Source: an uncultured Gemmatimonadales bacterium
GTDB lineage: Bacteria; Gemmatimonadota; Gemmatimonadetes; Gemmatimonadales; GWC2-71-9
Assembly (NCBI GenBank): GCA_963821525.1
Contig: CAWGED010000005.1
Coordinates: 1,088,001-1,152,000 of the forward strand
DNA length: 64,000 nt
Reading direction: 5' to 3'
Shown here: piece by piece, positions 58,011-64,000 of the stretch
Position numbering within the stretch: position 1 is the first letter of the stretch
Layout: the number at the start of each line of letters is the position of its first letter
Made by a program: the position numbers and the translations under genes
Notes under the pieces: generated by a model
Databases searched by the model: none
The model's input: the letters and a program-made list of their open reading frames with translations, nothing else
Told to the model about the DNA's origin: nothing

Positions 58011-59338
58011 GCAAGCCTACCGTAGCAATCGTCGGACGTCCCAACGTCGGCAAGTCCACCCTGTTCAACCGCGTTCTCGGAGGGCGCCGGGCCATCGTCT
58101 CCGAGCGCCCCGGTACGACTCGTGACCGCCATTTTGGCGACGCAGAGTGGAATGGACGACGCTTCTGGGTCGTAGATACCGGGGGATTGATACCCCATTC
58201 CTCCGACTCGATGGACGTCGCGATTCGCCGTCAGGTTCAGGCGGCGGTGCAGGCCGCCGACCTTGTGGTCCTGGTGGTTGATGGAGCAGACGGGGTAAAT
58301 CCGGTGGATCAAGAGATCGCCGCGCAGCTCCGAAGCTCGCGCCGTCCCGTTCTGGTGGTGGTGAACAAGATGGATGACCTGCCCGCCAGCACGGGCCACC
58401 TCCAGTTCTACGAGCTGGGCCTGGGCGACCCCGTCCCGGTCTCCGCCCAGATAGGGAAGTCCAGCGGCGACATGCTCGACACCATCGTCGGCATGTTGCC
58501 GCCCAAGGATCCCGCTGAGGACGAGGACGCCATTCAGGTGGCGGTTGTCGGGCGGCCCAACGTCGGGAAGTCATCTCTGATCAATCGACTGCTCGGGGAG
58601 GAGCGACATGTGGTCGCGCCAGAACCGGGAACCACCCGAGATTCTGTCGACTCCCCCTTGCGATATCACAGCAAGACGCTCAACTTCATAGATACAGCGG
58701 GGTTACGGCGTCGCGCTAAAGTAGAAGATGACCTCGAGTTCTACTCGACGTTACGCACCCACCGCGCTATTGACCGAGCCGATGTTTGTGTCCTGGTCGT
58801 AGATGCCTCGCTCGGCCTCCACGTACAAGACCTCCGCATCGCGACCGAGGCGTGGGAGCGGGGCTGCGGACTGATCGTCGTGGTAAACAAGTGGGACCTG
58901 ATTCCTGAGAAGGATGCCAACACGGCGAAGCGGGGGCAGGATCTGCTAACGGAGAAGGCACCTTTCCTGAGCTTTGTGCCGTTCGTTTACACCTCGGCCA
59001 CGACCGGGCAACGGGTGTCGAAACTGTCCGACCTGATCATCGCAGTGGCGGAAGCGCGGGAACGGCGGGTGGCGACGGCCGAGGTAAATCAGGTTCTCGG
59101 AGACCTCATCCAGCGAAACGCGCCGCCGCAAAAGCCCGGTGAGGAGGTCAAGCTGCTGTACGCGTCGCAAGTCGGGACCCGGCCGCCCGCGTTCGCCATC
59201 GTGTGCAATCGGCCCGCCGACGTACCCGAGGCCTATCAGCGTTATCTGCTGAACGGCTTCCGCGCCGCATGGGGGTTCGACGGCGCGCCGGTCCGTCTCA
59301 AGTTCAAGCGCCGGTCGTCTCGAGGGCGGCGTACGTGA
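58007..59338 (+). CDS. der: ribosome biogenesis GTPase Der (EngA)
   Basis: Two GRPNVGKS P-loops, GTTRD, DTGG/DTAG and NKxD motifs. Confidence 0.97.
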   Translation: MSKPTVAIVGRPNVGKSTLFNRVLGGRRAIVSERPGTTRDRHFGDAEWNGRRFWVVDTGGLIPHSSDSMDVAIRRQVQAAVQAADLVVLVVDGADGVNPVDQEIAAQLRSSRRPVLVVVNKMDDLPASTGHLQFYELGLGDPVPVSAQIGKSSGDMLDTIVGMLPPKDPAEDEDAIQVAVVGRPNVGKSSLINRLLGEERHVVAPEPGTTRDSVDSPLRYHSKTLNFIDTAGLRRRAKVEDDLEFYSTLRTHRAIDRADVCVLVVDASLGLHVQDLRIATEAWERGCGLIVVVNKWDLIPEKDANTAKRGQDLLTEKAPFLSFVPFVYTSATTGQRVSKLSDLIIAVAEARERRVATAEVNQVLGDLIQRNAPPQKPGEEVKLLYASQVGTRPPAFAIVCNRPADVPEAYQRYLLNGFRAAWGFDGAPVRLKFKRRSSRGRRT

Positions 59339-59973
59339 ACGGGAGCTTCGGCCTCGCCGCACTGCTTCTCCTGGGATCGTACCTGTGTGGAGCCGTTCCC
59401 ACGAGTTACCTGGTGGCGAAGTGGCTCCGAGGCATCGATCTGCGAGAGCACGGCAGTAAGAATCTCGGCGCGACAAATCTCTACCGCACGCTGGGCTGGA
59501 AATTCGCGGTCCCCGTCGGGCTGATCGATGCAGCGAAGGGCGCGATCCCGGTGCTGCTGCTGGGACCGAGGCTTCCCGGGGTAACGTTGTTTCCGACGCT
59601 GTGCGGAGTGATGGCGGTCGTCGGGCACGTGTACTCGGTGTTCGTCGGCTTCAAGGGAGGGAAGGGGGTCGCCACGGCGGCGGGCATGCTGCTAGGGCTG
59701 GCGCCCGAGGCGCTGGGCGTGGCTTTGATCGTCTGGCTCGTGCTGGTACGCTCCACCGGGTATGTGTCGCTGGGCTCGGTCGCTGCCGCCGCGGTTTTCC
59801 CTCCCGCGGACTACTTGCTCAATCCCGGCCGGCGAACCCTCACGGCGCTGGGACTCGACGTCGCGGTCGCGCTCTTTGTGATCTGGAAGCATCGCGCGAA
59901 CATTCAGCGATTACTGAATGGGACGGAAAGCCGCTTCGGCCGTCGTGGCCGTGCGGCTCCATCGGGTAGATGA
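59335..59973 (+). CDS. plsY: glycerol-3-phosphate acyltransferase PlsY
   Basis: GSKNLGATN, GFKGGKGVAT and HRANIQRL motifs. Confidence 0.95.
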   Translation: MNGSFGLAALLLLGSYLCGAVPTSYLVAKWLRGIDLREHGSKNLGATNLYRTLGWKFAVPVGLIDAAKGAIPVLLLGPRLPGVTLFPTLCGVMAVVGHVYSVFVGFKGGKGVATAAGMLLGLAPEALGVALIVWLVLVRSTGYVSLGSVAAAAVFPPADYLLNPGRRTLTALGLDVAVALFVIWKHRANIQRLLNGTESRFGRRGRAAPSGR

Positions 59974-60968
59974 CAGCCGTCGGCGTTTTGGGCGGAGGAA
60001 GCTGGGGCACGACGCTGGCCGACCTCCTCGCTCGCAAGGGCCTCCCGGTCCGGCTGTGGGCCTATGAGGCCGAGGTAGTGGACTCGATCAACCGGCAGCA
60101 GGAGAACACGTTGTTCCTGCCGGGATGCCGTCTCGCCAAGGGGCTGCGAGCGTACGCGGATCCGGTGGAGACGGTGCAGGGCGCCGATGTCATAGTCTCG
60201 GCCTCGCCCAGTCATGTCGTGCGGGAGGTAGTAGCCAGGGTCGTCGGCAGCGTGCTGGAAGGGACGCTGGTGGTGAGTGCGACCAAGGGTCTCGAACCCG
60301 ACTCGTTGCTGCTGATGTCGGAAGTACTGGAGCAGACACTTCCGGGTGCCCGGATCGTCGCACTCTCCGGACCCAGTTTTGCGCTGGAGGTTTTTCAGGA
60401 ACAACCCACCGCAGTGGTGGCGGCCGCAAGAGAGTGGCGAACGGCTGAAGACGCGCAGGCGGTGTTTGCGACGCCGCGCTTCCGGGTCTACTCGAACCAG
60501 GACGTCACTGGAGTCGAACTGGCGGGAGCGCTCAAGAATGTGATCGCAATCGCCGCCGGGATCCTGGAAGGCCTTGGCTTGGGGAACAATCCGCGGGCGG
60601 CGCTGATTACCCGCGGGCTGGCGGAGATCACTCGACTCGGTGTCGCGAGGGGCGCCGATCCGCTCACCTTCGCGGGACTGGCCGGAATGGGAGACCTGAT
60701 CCTGACGACAACAGGTGCCCTGAGCCGGAACCGGTCGTTGGGTCTCGCGCTGGCGAAGGGTCAGACGCTCGATGAGTACCAGGCCACCCATCGGACGGTC
60801 GCGGAGGGCGTCAACACCGCGCGCAGCGCGGTTGCGATGGGGAAGCGGGTCGGAGTCGAGCTCCCCATTTGCGAGCAGGTGCACTGCATACTTTTCGAAG
60901 GGAAGCCGCCGGGGCAGGCGGTTGGCGATCTTATGGAGCGTACCCTGAAGCCGGAGCAATGGCGGTGA
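59970..60968 (+). CDS. gpsA: NAD(P)H-dependent glycerol-3-phosphate dehydrogenase
   Basis: GGGSWG, TKG, SGPSFA, GALKNVIA, GMGDL and SRN motifs. Confidence 0.96.
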   Translation: MTAVGVLGGGSWGTTLADLLARKGLPVRLWAYEAEVVDSINRQQENTLFLPGCRLAKGLRAYADPVETVQGADVIVSASPSHVVREVVARVVGSVLEGTLVVSATKGLEPDSLLLMSEVLEQTLPGARIVALSGPSFALEVFQEQPTAVVAAAREWRTAEDAQAVFATPRFRVYSNQDVTGVELAGALKNVIAIAAGILEGLGLGNNPRAALITRGLAEITRLGVARGADPLTFAGLAGMGDLILTTTGALSRNRSLGLALAKGQTLDEYQATHRTVAEGVNTARSAVAMGKRVGVELPICEQVHCILFEGKPPGQAVGDLMERTLKPEQWR

Positions 60969-60970
60969 CG

Positions 60971-61357
60971 ATGGCACGGCCTGTTCAGGAATTCTTTTCG
61001 ATCGGCGAGGTGTGCGCCCTCACCGATCTGAAGCCGCATGTGCTTCGCTACTGGGAAAGCCAGTTCCGCTTTCTCAATCCGGCCAAGAATCGATCCGGCA
61101 ACCGGGTATACAAGAGCCGGGAAGTCGAGCTGATCATGCTGGTCAAGCACCTGCTCTATACCGAGAAGTACACGATCGAAGGAGCCCGGCAGCGGATCGA
61201 GCACTACCGGCGGACCGGAGAGCTCCGCAACGTGGCGCGCCGTGCCCTGGAGCGAGAGACCATACAGGAGCTTCGGTTGGCACTCAGTGAGGTCGCCGAC
61301 CTGCTGGACGGCAAGACACCCGCACCCCGGCCGGAGCAGGACCCGAATCCCAGGTGA
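60971..61357 (+). CDS. MerR-family regulator
   Basis: FSIGEV, HVLRYWE, GNRVY and YTIEGAR motifs. Confidence 0.9.
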   Translation: MARPVQEFFSIGEVCALTDLKPHVLRYWESQFRFLNPAKNRSGNRVYKSREVELIMLVKHLLYTEKYTIEGARQRIEHYRRTGELRNVARRALERETIQELRLALSEVADLLDGKTPAPRPEQDPNPR

Positions 61358-62109
61358 ATATCCTGGTGTCGAATGATGATGGGATTCTGGCACCCGGTCT
61401 CGGGGTGCTGGCGGAAGCGTGCCAGACGGTGGGCACCGTGACCGTCGTGGCCCCTGACCGGGAACAGAGCGGGACCTCCCATTCCCTCACGATGCACCGG
61501 CCGGTCCGGCCGGCCCGCCGCCCCGACGGCGCCTTCCAGGTCGATGGCACCCCTACAGACTGCGTGTTGCTCGCCCTGGGCGCACTCCTGACGGAACGCC
61601 CGGACTTTGTTTTCTCCGGGGTGAACCACGGACCGAACATGGGGGAGGACGTCCTCTATTCGGGCACCGTGGCGGCCGCGATGGAAGCGGTGACTCTCGG
61701 CGTTCCAGGAATCGCGATCTCCTACGCCGGGCCTACGTCGGACCTGACGACGCTGCAGAGTTATCGAGACCTGCTCGCTCGTCTGATCGGTCGCATCGTC
61801 CGCGTGAAGGATTTCCCGAAGGAGACGCTGCTGAACATCAATCTCCCCCCCATCGCCGCCGATCAGGTTCGGGGCATCAAGGTCACTCAGCTGGGAAGCC
61901 GCTTCTTTCAGGAATCGCTCACCCGAATGAGCGATCCCTGGGGACACGAAATCTTCTGGATCGGAGGCGGGACCATTCACTGGACCGGAGGAGAGAATTC
62001 GGACCACCGTGCAGTGGCTGACGGGTTCATCTCGATTACCCCGCTGCACATGGACCTGACGAACTACCGCCTCCTTGAAACGGTGCGAGAATGGTCGCTC
62101 GAAGCCTAG
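61354..62109 (+). CDS. surE: 5'/3'-nucleotidase SurE
   Basis: SNDDG, GTPTDCV, SGVNHG and YSGTV motifs. Confidence 0.96.
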   Translation: MNILVSNDDGILAPGLGVLAEACQTVGTVTVVAPDREQSGTSHSLTMHRPVRPARRPDGAFQVDGTPTDCVLLALGALLTERPDFVFSGVNHGPNMGEDVLYSGTVAAAMEAVTLGVPGIAISYAGPTSDLTTLQSYRDLLARLIGRIVRVKDFPKETLLNINLPPIAADQVRGIKVTQLGSRFFQESLTRMSDPWGHEIFWIGGGTIHWTGGENSDHRAVADGFISITPLHMDLTNYRLLETVREWSLEA

Positions 62110-62792
62110 GAGAGGGAGATGGGTACGGCGGCTACCGCAACCGGCTGGTGGCGGAGCTCGAATCGAAAGGGATTCGGGATCCAGAAGTCTTGCGGGCCAT
62201 AGGCCAGGTCCCGCGCCATCTCTTCGTCCCCGAGAGCGTCCGCCATCGGGCCTACGAAGACTCGGCGCTTCCGATTGGAGCGGGGCAGACGATCTCCCAG
62301 CCCTGGGTCCAGGCCCGGTATCTCGAGCTGGCGAAGCTGTCGCCCCAAGACAAGGTGCTCGAGGTAGGCACCGGCTCGGGTTACCAGACCGCGCTGCTGG
62401 CCGTCCTGGCGGGACAGGTCTTCAGCATCGAACGCATCACCACGCTCGCCAACACCGCCCGACAGATCCTGGCCCAGGCAGGGATTCGGAATGTGACGGT
62501 GCTGGTCGGAGACGGCACGCTGGGATGGCGTCCCTGCGCACCGTTCGACGCCATCCTGGTCGCCGCCGCATCACCCGAAGTTCCCGAGCCCCTGTTGCAG
62601 CAGCTCGCTCCGAGTGGCCGTTTGATCATTCCTCTGGGCGACCGGCAGGCCCAGGTGATCACGCTGGTCACCCGCCACGGCGAGGAATTTCAGGTTGAGC
62701 GTCTCAGCGATGTCAGGTTCGTACCGCTGCTCGGCGAGCATGGGTTTGCCGAACAACCGACCCACCCCCGAGAGTCCGGATGGAATTACTAA
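62091..62792 (+). CDS. pcm: protein-L-isoaspartate O-methyltransferase
   Basis: VPRHLF, GQTISQP, LEVGTGSGYQ and VRFVPL motifs. Confidence 0.96.
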   Translation: MVARSLGEGDGYGGYRNRLVAELESKGIRDPEVLRAIGQVPRHLFVPESVRHRAYEDSALPIGAGQTISQPWVQARYLELAKLSPQDKVLEVGTGSGYQTALLAVLAGQVFSIERITTLANTARQILAQAGIRNVTVLVGDGTLGWRPCAPFDAILVAAASPEVPEPLLQQLAPSGRLIIPLGDRQAQVITLVTRHGEEFQVERLSDVRFVPLLGEHGFAEQPTHPRESGWNY

Positions 62793-63415
62793 AAGACTTC
62801 ATAGATCTGTTTCTGCACCTCGACAGACACCTGAGCGAGGTGATTCAGCACTACGGAACCGGCACGTACCTCATCCTGTTTCTGATCGTCTTCTGCGAAA
62901 CAGGCCTCGTGGTGACGCCATTCCTGCCCGGCGATTCGCTTCTGTTCGCCGCCGGCACCTTCGCGGGCCTGGGAGATCTGGATGTCGGCCTGGTCTTCAC
63001 CATCCTTTGCGTCGCGTCAATCCTGGGCGACTCTTCCAATTACTGGGTCGGGCGATTGATCGGACGGAAGGCGTTTCAGTCCCGATTCATCAAGCAGGAG
63101 CACCTGCTCAAGACCCAGGCCTTTTACGACCGGCACGGCCGCAAGACAATCATTCTGGCCAGATTCCTTCCCATTCTCCGGACATTCGCGCCATTCGTGG
63201 CCGGGGTAGGGGTGATGCCATACCCCCGGTTCCTGACGGTCAGCGTCCTGGGCAGCGTTGCGTGGGTCGGTCTCTTCGTCTGGGCGGGTTACCTCTTCGG
63301 GAACCTGAGGGTCGTCCGGGAGAATTTCACGCTCGTCGTCATGGCCATCATTGTCCTCTCGGTGATGCCGATGGCCATTGAGATCATCAAGACCCGCAGG
63401 AGTCGTCCTGCGTGA
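62780..63415 (+). CDS. dedA: DedA family membrane protein
   Basis: FCETGLVVTPFLPGDSLLF and ARFLPILRTFAPFVAG motifs. Confidence 0.93.
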   Translation: MELLKDFIDLFLHLDRHLSEVIQHYGTGTYLILFLIVFCETGLVVTPFLPGDSLLFAAGTFAGLGDLDVGLVFTILCVASILGDSSNYWVGRLIGRKAFQSRFIKQEHLLKTQAFYDRHGRKTIILARFLPILRTFAPFVAGVGVMPYPRFLTVSVLGSVAWVGLFVWAGYLFGNLRVVRENFTLVVMAIIVLSVMPMAIEIIKTRRSRPA

Positions 63416-63681
63416 CCGTCAGGCTGTTCGTCAGTGGGAGGGTGCAGGGAGTCGGCTTCCGGTTCTTCGTGCTGCGTCGGGCCCAAGACCTGGGACTCAT
63501 CGGTTATGCGACCAATTTGGCAGATGGGCGGGTCGAGATCGTGGTCAGAGGCTCACATGGCCAAGTCCAAGCGCTTGAGCAGGCGGTACGTGCCGGACCT
63601 CGGCACGCCAAGGTGGCACAAGTGGAAAAAGCCGAGATTTCGGATGAAGTTCAGTTAGGCAACTCTTTTGAAATTCGATAG
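63412..63681 (+). CDS. acyP: acylphosphatase
   Basis: SGRVQGVGFR, NLADGRVE and GP..A.V motifs. Confidence 0.93.
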   Translation: MTVRLFVSGRVQGVGFRFFVLRRAQDLGLIGYATNLADGRVEIVVRGSHGQVQALEQAVRAGPRHAKVAQVEKAEISDEVQLGNSFEIR

Positions 63682-63686
63682 TTAGC

Positions 63687-63695
63687 TTATCCACA
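63687..63695. promoter_or_regulatory. perfect DnaA-box 9-mer
   Basis: TTATCCACA in the acyP-apt gap. Confidence 0.45.
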
Positions 63696-63711
63696 CGAAG
63701 CTGGTTGATAA

Positions 63712-64000
63712 ATGACTTCTGGAGCACTGGATACGCAGGTCCGGCAGGCCATTCGCCCGATCCCGGACCACCCAAAGCCTGGAATCGTATTCCAGGACAT
63801 CACACCTGTGCTTCAGGATTCTGCGCTATTCCGGCAGGTAATCCAGGGCCTTATCGAGCCGTTTCGAGGTCAGAGCATCACCCATATCCTCGGGATAGAG
63901 GCTCGGGGCTTCATACTAGGCGCGCCAGTCGCTGTGGAAATCGGGGCAGGCTTCATCCCGGCGCGAAAGCCAGGGAAACTTCCGTGGAAAACCCGCCGCC
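63712..64000 (+). CDS. apt: adenine phosphoribosyltransferase, 3'-truncated by window end
   Basis: Hand translation gives IPDHPKPGIVFQDITP, GIEARGF and ARKPGKLP; absent from the ORF track because it has no stop. Confidence 0.93.
   Translation, partial: MTSGALDTQVRQAIRPIPDHPKPGIVFQDITPVLQDSALFRQVIQGLIEPFRGQSITHILGIEARGFILGAPVAVEIGAGFIPARKPGKLPWKTRR

Overview
GC-rich bacterial chromosome segment, most likely Gemmatimonadota; this assignment rests on my recognition of the 16S sequence and gene order, not on a database search. 1-14.4 kb is semi-accessory: an Ig-like/LVIVD protein, a TMTC-like GT-C/TPR protein with a GT2, a cysteine desulfurase-like gene, hutU-hutI, a DUF2950/DUF3300 pair and a fused FTCD, separated by 7- and 9-nt periodic repeat elements. 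14.5-19.8 kb is one complete 16S-23S-5S operon with two promoters, two boxA sites and no spacer tRNA. From 19.9 kb to the end every called gene is on the + strand: era, Trm112-like, a ClpN-Ca2+/H+ antiporter fusion, GGDEF, zinc-ribbon protein, prfB, lysS, lolCE-lolD, mcsA-mcsB-clpC, bamA-skp-lpxD-lpxC-fabZ-lpxA-(gnnA-like)-lpxB-(DUF374)-lpxK, gdhA, rlmH, methyltransferase-bshC, murJ, uvrC, thrC, larC, TPR protein, tRNA-Gly, cytochrome c, sigma54-type pilin, DUF512, der-plsY-gpsA, merR-surE-pcm-dedA-acyP-apt. Many genes before about 41 kb carry single-base indels, including essential ones, so I treat them as consensus errors rather than pseudogenes; the prfB shift is the genuine programmed one. 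I found no CRISPR array, prophage or transposase. The best candidates for undescribed biology are the Clp-N/CAX fusion and the CtsR-less McsAB-ClpC module coupled into the outer-membrane/lipid A operon.
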